64,000 bases of DNA from positions 521 to 64,520 of the forward strand of contig CAXGZX010000002.1 of the NCBI GenBank assembly GCA_964014545.1, written 5' to 3'. This stretch comes from an uncultured Candidatus Poseidoniales archaeon. Lineage in GTDB: Archaea; Thermoplasmatota; Poseidoniia; Poseidoniales; Poseidoniaceae. Shown one piece after another: positions 17,572 to 27,658 of this stretch (within the stretch, counting starts at the first letter, position 1; every line of letters begins with the position of its first letter). A program made the translations under genes and the position numbers. The notes under the pieces are model-generated. The model ran no database searches. It was not told the DNA's origin and worked only from the letters and a program-made list of their open reading frames with translations.

Positions 17572-20500
17572 TCAACCAGTCTGTCTTGAGTCATATCTTA
17601 GTGGAGATGAATCGCCTCGTAGCCCATCTTCTTCATCATCATTTACTTCAAACCAATCCACAATCCAATCACCGTCAGTATCCCAATTAATTGGACTGGT
17701 TCCCTCTGCAATGTGGTCATTGTCAAGATCAACTGTATACCATCCAAATTCATGTTCACCGACGGCTCTAACTGGTGCTGTCTGGGGTGAATTAGTGTAG
17801 TATATCTCCCATTGGTCAGTAAGTGCGCCAGAGACTAGAGTTTGGTCATCACTTGGATTTAGAGTAAGGAAATCATCATCATTGTCATCAACAATCAAAA
17901 CATATCTAAAATCATTAGAAGATTGTTTATCCATCTTCAAATAATTAGTACTAGCCTCAGATGGAGTTCCAAGTCCTAGCAAATATCCACGGAATTGCCA
18001 CCATTCCTCAACAGGATTACCTTCATACACTAACGGAGCTAAACGGACCGCATTTGGTGACGTCAGATCAACGTTCGTTAATGTAAAAAATTCTTGAAAA
18101 TTAGTATAAGGCTCATAACTACATCCTGCGCCAGAACAGTCATAATTACCATCATTGTCAGGATCATAATTAGCGTCAACAGGATCTGCAGGATTCAAAG
18201 TAAACCAAGTTAATTCTAAGTCGGGACGAGACAACCTGTCTCCATTTAGTGAAAGCGGTAAACAAGAGATTGTATTAGTATCACAGTCTCCACCGGTTAA
18301 CGAATCAATCCAAATAACTTTGATTTGTAAGAGTGAAGAAAAATTATCGTTTGATTCATTCCAAGCCATCTTGTATTCATACCAATCTGGTAACATATCT
18401 CCATCAGTATCATTGTCGTTTGGATTAATACCATACTTGAATACTTCTCGACCATCACTGAGGTTGTAATCAATTTCATGAGAGATTACTAATCCATTCG
18501 ACGTTTGTGTATTATAGATTATTGAATCACCATCTGTATCATTCAAATCTGGCCGTGTATTATTGTTCCATTCCATTAGATTAGTGAACGGCAGAGAGCC
18601 TGGACCTGGTTGGATTATCACACCACTTCCAGTAAATGTTCGATCATCCCATTCACCTTGTTGTGCCGGGATATCGAAGGCATTTCTATCATACCAACCA
18701 TCACTATCTCCATCGTAATTGACATCATGCGGGTTGACCGGATTTGCCGCCCAGTGGTCTTCGGTTGAAACATCAGGCATACCATAAATTGCGTAACAAT
18801 ATTCCCAACCATCTGGAATAGAATCACCATCTGAATCACTACTTGTTGGATCGGCAACACCGACTAGTGTGCGATTAAAGTTATTAGAATCATATGAGTT
18901 GATTTTCAACATCCTATCCGCACTGTCTTGACTCTTTGAAATGAAGTCATTATACAATGCTGCTCTAGCTTCAAAATAGGTGTAACCCATTTCTTCTTTG
19001 TAGGCATTGATAGCATCATCACCAAAACTCAAAATTCCAACTTCTTGTGGAATTGTATTTCTTTCAGAGTATTTACCCCATGTCCTAGATTCCCATTCTC
19101 TGAGGTTAGAAAATCGTTCGTCTAATGAAATATTACCGTCACCATCACAATCAAAACTGTCTCCATCAGTATCTAGCAAAACATCCCCATCGATGAGTGG
19201 ATTAATGCTCCATAAATTACCTTCTAAATCCCATTCTGCAAACCAATATTCAAATCCGTCATACATACCATCTCCATCAGTATCTGGATTGGTTGGGTCT
19301 GTTATACCCATTAGAATGGAAATGAAATTATTTGCTGGTTCACCGTTTTGCCAATCGTTAAAATCATCTAGCAAGCGCTTCCCTCGAGTTTCTTTTGAGA
19401 TTAATATATTGAACATTCTCTGGGCCTTTTCGGTAGGTTGTAGTAAATCTCCATCAATGTGCAACAGAGGTGCATCAGAAGGGTGTTCAATTCCATTATC
19501 TGGATTTGAGGTTACCAAGGCAAATTCTTGTAAGTCAATTAAACCGTCTTCATCTGAGTCAAACATCCCATCGCCAGGAACCAGTGGATTTAACGTCCAA
19601 GTTTCAGCAGATTGGTTCCAAGTAGTAAACAGTAATTCAACACCATCGATAATTCCGTCACCATCAGTATCCACATTATTTGGGTCACCAGTTAATCCTG
19701 TTAGATTTCGCTGAGTAGAATTCACAAATGAGCCAAATGAAAGGTCGGTTTGTATTCCAGCCCACGCTTGGAATGTGTAAGCACTACCAATTGTGGTAAC
19801 AAACCATTTTGGCGATGAACGTTCTGCATCAGTTTCTGTCAATAGAGGGTCGATTGCGTTATATTCTTCCCAATTAGTCATTCCATCTTTGTCGGCATCT
19901 TCCCATCTATCAGCCGGTTGTAATGGATTTAGTGTCCATTCATCTTCCAATATGTTCCATCTAGAAAACCAGATTTCCCAACCATCAGGCATACCATCAT
20001 CATCGGTATCAGAGTCCAGAGGATTAGATGAACCCGAATCAATTGAATTTTGAGTTGCCAGCAATGAACCTGCTGCACGTTCTGCATAAGATGCCTCTGG
20101 TGCACCATTATCGCTTACAAAAGTGAATAAATCTGTACTAAATCCAGACGGTAAGTCATTGAAATCTGTTGGATTATTTTCATCAAATAAATCATAGCGT
20201 AAATGATATTCAAGGTAGTTTACCAAAGCCTCATTTTGTTGAATTATACCGTCTCTATCAATGTCAAATCCATCACCATCAGGATTTTTCAGTGCATCTG
20301 AACCATTTAATGGATTTATTCCAACTCTTGAACTATCCCAAGAACATGAATAGGCGGCTTCCCATCCATCAGGCAGTGAATCACCATCTGAATCAATATT
20401 GTTTGGATCGGAATCAGACCATAACTCTGCATCGGTAGAATTCTCTCCATGGGACTCAAATAACAGACCTTCAATTGCTTGCTGCTTTACTTGAGTCCAT

Positions 20501-23316
20501 CGATATTCACATAAATTTTGTAGCCCATCACCATCAGCATCCCAACTTGCATCCTCTGCTCTGTTGGGATCCAGTGACCAATTATTACCACCAGTAAACG
20601 AGGAACCAACCCATCTACGGTTCTCTATCTCCCAGCCGTCTGGCATTCCGTCACCATCTGAATCTGGATTTGTTGGGTCAGTCCCGATATCACTGGTTGA
20701 TAGGCTGAGGTAGGTGGAATTGGCGTCATCACCAACTTGGCTATCACAGATATATTCAAGTTGTACAGAATAATAGCACCATAAGTTAGTGCTCTCGTAG
20801 TAGAAACCAAAATACTCTTCACCGTCGCTTAATCCATCACCATCTGTATCTCCAACATTCGGATTAGTAGAATTATAGCCATCATCTGTAGTAGCGATAT
20901 ATCTGAATTCATCGAGATTGGTCCACAGCCGCTCTAAAATCCCATCACCCGATTGATCTAAATCTAGACCATCATAATCGAAATCTAATAGCGCATCCCA
21001 TGGGTCTGTAGGGTCCAAATTGTTGCCAATTTCCCATCCATCAGGCATACCATCACCATCAGAGTCGTTGGATTTTGGATTCATTAATTCAAGGTTAGAA
21101 AATTGTCCCGGTTCGGATGATGCAAAAATAGTCATGTTTTCAAAAGAGCCAATGGTTGCAATTTCAGAAATATATCCGGGAATAGTTTCCTGTTGATCAA
21201 TCTCGTATACATTGGAATAGTCTCCTGAAAGAACCCATGTACCTGCGTTGGAGCCAAGAATAATTTGTTGACCAGTAGAATATATTGACCTTATGCTATT
21301 GATGTCTCTTGTACTGACTTCATTTGAACCTGGATTTTCTAATAGACCACTGTGACTTATTACATTGTCAATAAGTCGCATTTGATGTAGTCCCGAGGGA
21401 GTACCAAACCAAAGGACTTGAGGGCTCTCAGGTGATGGACCATCTAACAGAATATCTCTTACTTCAGCAGGATTTTCTGCACTTCCCGTTGGTAATGTTC
21501 GCAATTCATTTATTGATGCAAAGACTCCTGTGTCCTCTTTTGAGTAGAAGAATCTCCAGTCAGCGGTATTACCATCCCTACCAGAGTTGGTCTCACAGGT
21601 AAGAAGACCTCTATCGGTAGCAACGAAGAGTGTAAGATTGCCGTTAGCAAGACCGTGCTCTATGTCCGTAACACTAGCATTACCGTTTGATAATTGGCTA
21701 GTTATTGCTTGACTTACTTCATGAACTTGTTCAATCAGTCCAAAGCTACTGACTTCAAACACATTACCAGTTCCCGCAAACCCAAGTCCAATTATCTGAT
21801 TATTCGGGCTATTAATCAATAATTCTTCCAATTCATGTATCGTTTCTGTTTGTGACCAATCCCAATTATCTACAGATTGTAGTAATCCGTCGAGCTGAAT
21901 TCTTGCCACACCCAAACCAACATTAGAAGCCAAAGCAATGGCATAAACTTGATCACTTTGATCACGTAAAATAGTTGAATCATAGAGTTCTACACCTTGA
22001 GGTATCCAATAATCCGTGGAAGATGAAATTGAATTGTCAATTACTGTTATCCCGTATTTTGTAGTGACATATAACATTGAGTCGACAACCTCTAGAGATC
22101 GGACATCATGATTTATGACACTGATTTCTTCGCTTTGGGTAGCAAAGGAAATTGGATACTGATATAGTGTTGACATTTCGCTAGCGTACATTGTTGATTT
22201 TAGCCCCGCCATTACGGTATTACCATCATCAAAGTAAATATTATACTCTTCAATATTAGATAATTGCTCACCTAATTCAAGTGCAGTTGCTGTCCTACTT
22301 ACATCCGGAGAAATCACTCCATCCAAATTTTTATCCCAACCGTCCAAGTCTTCGTCAGACAATGCACTGCTCCTATTTAGCGGGTCTAAACCAAAGTGAA
22401 CTTCCCAACCATCAGGAATTCCATCCCCAAAAGACGGGAATAAATTTCGTACGGTAAATCCATCCCAGTTGTACCTATCTGAATCCTTCAATAAAGGATC
22501 AGTACCTAACCACAAATCCTCACCTACTGGCGACTCTGAATTAGTACAGGCGGCTAAAATATTCTGGAATGTGGCATTTACTCCAGTAGGGATATAGGGC
22601 CAATTAGTTAGAATTGAGCCCTCCGGTAAAGTCGCAGTACACCAGAGACCATCAAGTTCTGTGGTATGATTTGATGGAGCACCATAGATATATTCTTCAC
22701 TCGAGGTATACCACTCATTGAAACTCATTATGCCATCTCGGTTTACATCAAAACCATCCTTATCTGGATCTTTAGCAACATCACTAGCGTTTAATGGGTC
22801 AAAATCGGTACACTCGTATCGCTGAGAAAAGACATCAAAACCACCAATTCTTAAGCACATATAGGCTTCATAGCCATCAGGCATACCATCGCCATCGGTA
22901 TCTGATTTTCGAGGATCTAAGTATGAGCGGAAACCTTCCCCATCAACCACACCTGTTAAGCCACGTAAAAAACCAGGATCTGTACATTCAGCAGGATAGG
23001 GCCAGCAATATTCTTCAGTGGAGTTTAGGCCATCTCTGTCAACATCAAGTATTGCATCTGAAGCATCATCTGCATCCATACCTTGCATCGAATAACCTCT
23101 GCCGTCAATTGCTGTAGAATTTATCCATTCAGCGAATATATCTTCGTGTACATCAGGTATTCCGTCACCATCTGAATCGGTTGTTGGGGGACGTTCTTGA
23201 TTAGTATCATCAGGATGAACATTTGAAACTGGAGATATTGTTGGAAATTGCGCCATAAATAGCAGACTGATAACCACTGCCAATGTAGTAAGCAGTGTAG
23301 ATTGACTTCGACGCAT
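17572..23316 (-). CDS. Giant secreted Ca-binding protein: more than 20 thrombospondin type 3-like repeats flanking a propeller-like core
   Basis: Signal peptide MRRSQSTLLTTLAVVISLLFMAQF (GGTGA 5 nt upstream; the ORF extends to TTG 23364). Repeated DxDxDGxxDxxE motifs (DSDGDGIPDVHE, DTDGDGMPDGYE, DSDGDGMPDGWE x2, DTDGDGLSDGEE and others). The central region has Reg_prop-like blades (VLWFGTPSGLHQM, LFVATDRGLLTCE, IILGSNAGTWVLS). No C-terminal anchor. Confidence 0.8.
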   Translation of the reverse strand: MRRSQSTLLTTLAVVISLLFMAQFPTISPVSNVHPDDTNQERPPTTDSDGDGIPDVHEDIFAEWINSTAIDGRGYSMQGMDADDASDAILDVDRDGLNSTEEYCWPYPAECTDPGFLRGLTGVVDGEGFRSYLDPRKSDTDGDGMPDGYEAYMCLRIGGFDVFSQRYECTDFDPLNASDVAKDPDKDGFDVNRDGIMSFNEWYTSSEEYIYGAPSNHTTELDGLWCTATLPEGSILTNWPYIPTGVNATFQNILAACTNSESPVGEDLWLGTDPLLKDSDRYNWDGFTVRNLFPSFGDGIPDGWEVHFGLDPLNRSSALSDEDLDGWDKNLDGVISPDVSRTATALELGEQLSNIEEYNIYFDDGNTVMAGLKSTMYASEMSTLYQYPISFATQSEEISVINHDVRSLEVVDSMLYVTTKYGITVIDNSISSSTDYWIPQGVELYDSTILRDQSDQVYAIALASNVGLGVARIQLDGLLQSVDNWDWSQTETIHELEELLINSPNNQIIGLGFAGTGNVFEVSSFGLIEQVHEVSQAITSQLSNGNASVTDIEHGLANGNLTLFVATDRGLLTCETNSGRDGNTADWRFFYSKEDTGVFASINELRTLPTGSAENPAEVRDILLDGPSPESPQVLWFGTPSGLHQMRLIDNVISHSGLLENPGSNEVSTRDINSIRSIYSTGQQIILGSNAGTWVLSGDYSNVYEIDQQETIPGYISEIATIGSFENMTIFASSEPGQFSNLELMNPKSNDSDGDGMPDGWEIGNNLDPTDPWDALLDFDYDGLDLDQSGDGILERLWTNLDEFRYIATTDDGYNSTNPNVGDTDGDGLSDGEEYFGFYYESTNLWCYYSVQLEYICDSQVGDDANSTYLSLSTSDIGTDPTNPDSDGDGMPDGWEIENRRWVGSSFTGGNNWSLDPNRAEDASWDADGDGLQNLCEYRWTQVKQQAIEGLLFESHGENSTDAELWSDSDPNNIDSDGDSLPDGWEAAYSCSWDSSRVGINPLNGSDALKNPDGDGFDIDRDGIIQQNEALVNYLEYHLRYDLFDENNPTDFNDLPSGFSTDLFTFVSDNGAPEASYAERAAGSLLATQNSIDSGSSNPLDSDTDDDGMPDGWEIWFSRWNILEDEWTLNPLQPADRWEDADKDGMTNWEEYNAIDPLLTETDAERSSPKWFVTTIGSAYTFQAWAGIQTDLSFGSFVNSTQRNLTGLTGDPNNVDTDGDGIIDGVELLFTTWNQSAETWTLNPLVPGDGMFDSDEDGLIDLQEFALVTSNPDNGIEHPSDAPLLHIDGDLLQPTEKAQRMFNILISKETRGKRLLDDFNDWQNGEPANNFISILMGITDPTNPDTDGDGMYDGFEYWFAEWDLEGNLWSINPLIDGDVLLDTDGDSFDCDGDGNISLDERFSNLREWESRTWGKYSERNTIPQEVGILSFGDDAINAYKEEMGYTYFEARAALYNDFISKSQDSADRMLKINSYDSNNFNRTLVGVADPTSSDSDGDSIPDGWEYCYAIYGMPDVSTEDHWAANPVNPHDVNYDGDSDGWYDRNAFDIPAQQGEWDDRTFTGSGVIIQPGPGSLPFTNLMEWNNNTRPDLNDTDGDSIIYNTQTSNGLVISHEIDYNLSDGREVFKYGINPNDNDTDGDMLPDWYEYKMAWNESNDNFSSLLQIKVIWIDSLTGGDCDTNTISCLPLSLNGDRLSRPDLELTWFTLNPADPVDANYDPDNDGNYDCSGAGCSYEPYTNFQEFFTLTNVDLTSPNAVRLAPLVYEGNPVEEWWQFRGYLLGLGTPSEASTNYLKMDKQSSNDFRYVLIVDDNDDDFLTLNPSDDQTLVSGALTDQWEIYYTNSPQTAPVRAVGEHEFGWYTVDLDNDHIAEGTSPINWDTDGDWIVDWFEVNDDEEDGLRGDSSPLRYDSRQTG

Positions 23317-23502
23317 GCCTTCACCTGTCACGAAGTATAGCCTTCGCATTTGTCGACTTCTCAACTACACTTATGAGCATGATGGAGTGATGTTCCGACA
23401 TTGATTCAGTTGGTAGAGTAAAAAAATACCGAAAATCATCTCTTTTTCCAATTTGCGAGGGGTTTGTTCAAGACCCTCCCGCGCCAGGAGTAAATTATCA
23501 AC

Positions 23503-24327
23503 ATGTCTTTGCGAATTACTCACTTAGGAACAGGTAGCCGAGGCAACTCAACGCTGCTTGAAACTGATGATGTAAAGGTGTTAATTGATTTAGGATTTAG
23601 CGGCGCCCAGTTGCAAAAACGACTAGCTATGCTCAACATTAAACCTGAAGATATTGATTGCGCTCTAATAAGTCACCATCATGGAGATCATGGTGGTGGA
23701 GCGACTATTGCCCAGCGCAAATGGGACATGCAAATTTTGGCCAATGAAAGAACTGCACAGGAATTAGATTTAGACCCCTTGAAAACTTCCTACTTTGGCG
23801 CCTTGGATGTGATTAGAATCGGTGACGAACTATCAATTCTAACAGTCCCAGTCCCTCATTCTGGCTCCGAAAATGTCGCTTTTGTGGCAAGCTATGGTGG
23901 AGAAAGAGCCGCAATAATTACAGATTTAGGCTCTTGGACGGATGAGTTAATCAAACATGTATATGGTTGTGAACATATCTCAATCGAAGCAAACTATGAT
24001 GATCAGAAATTGAGCGCTGGACCATATCCATATTCTTTGAAAGAGAGGATTCGTGGCAGAGGAGGTCACTTATCCAACAGTCAAACTGGACAATTTCTTG
24101 CTGAAGTCAGTACGGAGAGTACGCGAAATATAGTACTTACACACCTGAGTGAAAAAAATAACTCGCCGCACCTAGCAGAGTCTACCGTATTATACTACAT
24201 CTCAGAAGTATTTGAGGGAGACATATACCTTTCATTACAAGATGGTCCAGAAATGACTCACTATATAGGAGCAAGCGGTCTAGAAAATCTTACGCCCACT
24301 AAACTAAATGAAGTCAAGATTGACTAA
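23503..24327 (+). CDS. Metallo-beta-lactamase-fold hydrolase
   Basis: ITHLGTGSRGNSTLLE...VLIDLG, the HxHxDH motif ISHHHGDHGGG, and later metal-ligand contexts VPHSG and LTHLS. Confidence 0.8.
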   Translation: MSLRITHLGTGSRGNSTLLETDDVKVLIDLGFSGAQLQKRLAMLNIKPEDIDCALISHHHGDHGGGATIAQRKWDMQILANERTAQELDLDPLKTSYFGALDVIRIGDELSILTVPVPHSGSENVAFVASYGGERAAIITDLGSWTDELIKHVYGCEHISIEANYDDQKLSAGPYPYSLKERIRGRGGHLSNSQTGQFLAEVSTESTRNIVLTHLSEKNNSPHLAESTVLYYISEVFEGDIYLSLQDGPEMTHYIGASGLENLTPTKLNEVKID

Positions 24328-24356
24328 AAAATAGTCTGATTTAGGTCAATACCTAA

Positions 24357-25436
24357 ATGATACCGAAGTATGAGAGGTTTGTGCCAACTAGCAGACGCTA
24401 CATTTCAGGACCCCGGAGACGGGAAAATGAAGAGGGTGTTAGCGAAGTCCTTGGCGTGATTATGATGCTTGCCATGGTTGTTACAATAATGGGTGGTGTT
24501 TGGGTATTTTTGAATCCATATATTTCTGATTTTGAAGACAACACCAACTGGAATGCAGCCAATGGCATCGCTGACCGCTTAGAAGACAGGATAGATGTTT
24601 CAGCAGATGCGCCAGAGGGGACTGGAATACGTCATAGTTTGCAGATGAGAACAACACTCTTGCAAGGTGTCACTAATCTCGAGCACTGGACAATAAGTGC
24701 TGATTTGACCCCATATGAGGTAGTAAATATCGGGCAATATAGCAACAATTCCTTTGTCATAACCAGTATGAACCAGACAGCATCAAAAGTTACCATCACA
24801 ACAGAAAATAGTCAATTAACTCAACTGATAAGCGCTAACAATGGTTTAGTTGAGCACAATATGCAATTAGGTGAATGGTATATTATCACTGTTTTTAATG
24901 ACAATGATGACCCGATTCACCGTAGCGTCAAATATTCACTATCTGGGCTTCGTTTGATTACCAGTTTAGGCAATGGTGAGCATGAAATATATCTCATCAA
25001 TAATGCTAGAATTGAGCATTTTGCTGATTCAGCTTGGGAAATTAGTCAATTTCCAAGAATTGAATTTGATGAACTCGCAACAGGAGGCATACGCTTGTCG
25101 ATGGTTCTAACCAATGTAGTAGTAAATGGAAGTTTAGGGAATGCCAACCAACTTGGTATCGACATTATTTCAGCTGGCTCAATAAACCCATTTTCTGGAG
25201 AATGTTTCAATATACGATATACGACTACAAACTCTGTATCTCCAGTCATAAGCCCACAATATGATGATTTGTGGTTAAATTCATATTCATTAAACCGTGC
25301 ATCAGGAACACTTGATTCTTATGTCGGTTTATCACCATTTGAAAGAGCAAGTGGAATAGATGGCATCAGTGTAAATTCTTTGGGTCAATCGGTATTTTTT
25401 GACGTAACTATTAATCAGGTGGTTTTGGAAAGATGA
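24357..25436 (+). CDS. Archaeal type IV pilin-like protein (class III signal peptide), 359 aa
   Basis: N terminus RRRENEEGVSEVLGVIMMLAMVVTIMGGVWVF matches the archaeal pilin_N pattern (charged leader, (G/A)VS.V(I/L)G, hydrophobic helix). The remainder is a sequon-rich ectodomain. Confidence 0.6.
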   Translation: MIPKYERFVPTSRRYISGPRRRENEEGVSEVLGVIMMLAMVVTIMGGVWVFLNPYISDFEDNTNWNAANGIADRLEDRIDVSADAPEGTGIRHSLQMRTTLLQGVTNLEHWTISADLTPYEVVNIGQYSNNSFVITSMNQTASKVTITTENSQLTQLISANNGLVEHNMQLGEWYIITVFNDNDDPIHRSVKYSLSGLRLITSLGNGEHEIYLINNARIEHFADSAWEISQFPRIEFDELATGGIRLSMVLTNVVVNGSLGNANQLGIDIISAGSINPFSGECFNIRYTTTNSVSPVISPQYDDLWLNSYSLNRASGTLDSYVGLSPFERASGIDGISVNSLGQSVFFDVTINQVVLER

Positions 25437-27658
25437 AACATAATCTAACCAGAAATGAAGAGTCTGTTTCTGCAGCAATTGCGACAGTTTTATTATTTGG
25501 TGGAGTTGTTTCAATCATCGGTTTAATGCTGGTTTCAATGCTTCCAATAATTGAAGAATTAGAAGGTTCAATAGAGCGCGACGATATGTCTTCACAAATG
25601 ATGATTTTGTCTCAGCAAACTGAAATTTTAAGCGAGCATGGCATGCCTGGCGACTCTACTGAAATAGATTTAATACCAATTGACGGAACCCTCTCGTGGG
25701 ACACTACAAGAGGTGGAATGTGGTATTCATCTACTTGGAATAGCGACACGACATTTAGGATGAAAGGAGTATTAGACTTCGATGATTCAATACAAATAAA
25801 ACATCCTGAGAGTAAGTCTACTTCGGTTTGTTTTGACGACCTAAGATTAGGCCCGACAAAGCCATTCATCTATTCCATTCCAGATTACATAGAAGAAATT
25901 ATGATTAGTCCAAACCAAGGAATCGCATCACCACTTGGGCCAATAGAAATCAAAGTGAATTCTGCTGAGCTATTTATCGAAAAGATTGATTTGAACATCG
26001 GTTCTACCATTAAATTAACCACTACTGAATTCCAATCTTACAAACTTGAGTCTACTCATGAACTGAACATATTGGCAAGTTTAGGTAGCGGCGGTGGTAC
26101 TATTTTTATGCCAGATAACCCCAGTCAAAGTGATTTTACCGGCAGGTCTTGGAGCATACCAATGAATCAAGGTAACAATACAGTACACATCATGAGTGAA
26201 ACATCTAATCAAATTGAATTGATGGTAGATGGACAGGAAACCAGACATATTGTCACCAATGATGAGGACCCAAGAATTGGTGTTTCATGGACACATACAA
26301 TCGATTTGGATTCACCAAAATTAGTATCTCTTTCAACAAGCGCACCATCACGACTTATTCTGCTAACATCAGACAATAATATGACAGGTAGCGTAACCCT
26401 CCAATCGACTTCTGGTGCTCTAATCGGCTCGGAGTTCATCACACCTCAGCTAACTGGAAGTATAGAATTATTCAACCCAAATGAAGAGATCGCAACTATC
26501 ACTTGGAAAGGGGGAGGAATTTCAATTCAAGCAGATTCAACTGTAATCATACCATGGCCGCCTCAAACTGTTAATGGTGCACCAATTATCGATTCAGATA
26601 AAGAAATATCAGCATATTGGCATAATAATGATTCCATTAATCCAAGTAACGGATTGAATATAATTCCAGCAAAAGATACTGGGTTTTCCTCTGGAAAAGT
26701 CCATACATATGAGATATTTTCCAGCAATGGACTAGAATCAATACACACTCAATTAGCAGGATATACTTCAGTTCTAAACTATTCAAATACTAACTCTGCT
26801 AATCAGAATCTTACCTTCAATAATCCGTTCCATAACCTGCAAACAAGCCAAGGCAGCCATAATGTTTCTGTGGAAGATGGGCACCCAATTAGAGTTCACC
26901 GGAGTACTGGAGACTCGGGATTGAGTCAATTAATGCATGATGGAGAACAGAGATGTGTTGGAATTAATACCACGGCAAGCGGATGGATAACTACAGAATT
27001 GCCATGGAATTCCGTTTCTGGTAGAAGCGAAGGTCAAATTATGAATGCTTGGAATCAAGGAACACATCCCTCGAGTTACTCGATAAGTCTAATTGGTAAT
27101 AACGGAAAGACTGACCATCAAATCATTGCGTCATCGTGGATTTTCCACATCTCTAGACTTACTTATTCTTTCTCCTCTTCTATTACCGGACTTGAAGTTG
27201 CTTATTCTAACGGAGCAGTACTAACAAACCATCCAGAATTTTTACCTACCGTATTGAAACAACCAAATGACAGATCTGGACCAGGACCCCGGTTTGCAGC
27301 AACAATTCCTGCACTAAATCCTACCGCAGATAGTGCATCTGGTGCGGGTGTAATGAATTTAGATATAGAATTGGCATACAGAGAGTCATTAGCGTCAGAT
27401 ATTGCATATGAAGTAAGACGTGGGTGGTATAGCCCATATGGTGAAGAGATTGCAAATTCTGCAGCCAGTGGTCTAGATTCTAGTGTAGATTGGACGATTT
27501 ATCCTGGGCGATTGGATTTGCTCACAGATTATGTGGGTTGGGTCCCAGATCCAAGTATCGGAACCTCGGAAGCGGTTTGGCACACCAATGGTGATCCAAT
27601 TCAATTTAGTTTACAACTATCCTCACTTGATGTAACAATGACGGAGGCTGTTGGATGA
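25433..27658 (+). CDS. Large pilin-like surface protein (class III signal-like N terminus), 741 aa
   Basis: LTRNEESVSAAIATVLLFGGVVSIIGLMLV at the N terminus. The start overlaps the upstream stop as ATGA (25433-25436). Confidence 0.55.
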   Translation: MKHNLTRNEESVSAAIATVLLFGGVVSIIGLMLVSMLPIIEELEGSIERDDMSSQMMILSQQTEILSEHGMPGDSTEIDLIPIDGTLSWDTTRGGMWYSSTWNSDTTFRMKGVLDFDDSIQIKHPESKSTSVCFDDLRLGPTKPFIYSIPDYIEEIMISPNQGIASPLGPIEIKVNSAELFIEKIDLNIGSTIKLTTTEFQSYKLESTHELNILASLGSGGGTIFMPDNPSQSDFTGRSWSIPMNQGNNTVHIMSETSNQIELMVDGQETRHIVTNDEDPRIGVSWTHTIDLDSPKLVSLSTSAPSRLILLTSDNNMTGSVTLQSTSGALIGSEFITPQLTGSIELFNPNEEIATITWKGGGISIQADSTVIIPWPPQTVNGAPIIDSDKEISAYWHNNDSINPSNGLNIIPAKDTGFSSGKVHTYEIFSSNGLESIHTQLAGYTSVLNYSNTNSANQNLTFNNPFHNLQTSQGSHNVSVEDGHPIRVHRSTGDSGLSQLMHDGEQRCVGINTTASGWITTELPWNSVSGRSEGQIMNAWNQGTHPSSYSISLIGNNGKTDHQIIASSWIFHISRLTYSFSSSITGLEVAYSNGAVLTNHPEFLPTVLKQPNDRSGPGPRFAATIPALNPTADSASGAGVMNLDIELAYRESLASDIAYEVRRGWYSPYGEEIANSAASGLDSSVDWTIYPGRLDLLTDYVGWVPDPSIGTSEAVWHTNGDPIQFSLQLSSLDVTMTEAVG

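Noticed and set aside
19007-19714. Long antisense or alternative-frame ORFs inside the giant genes and other confident CDSs. Examples are 19007-19714 (+), 49447-49944 (-), 51087-51644 (+), 58354-58818 (-), 61903-62427 (-), 57043-57414 (-) and 35285-35674 (+).
   Set aside because: They lie entirely within longer ORFs that carry recognisable domain motifs. They have Ser/Pro/Leu-rich shadow-frame composition, no SD-like sequence and no recognisable motif. They are typical opposite-strand artefacts of long repeat-rich genes.
23365-23502. Possible C/D-box sRNA in the 138-nt divergent intergenic region. ATGATGG and GTGATGT box-C-like strings are present.
   Set aside because: No properly placed CTGA D or D' boxes and no terminal stem could be found on either strand. 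The region is better explained as a bidirectional promoter spacer, with its A7 tract and a GGAG before ATG 23503.
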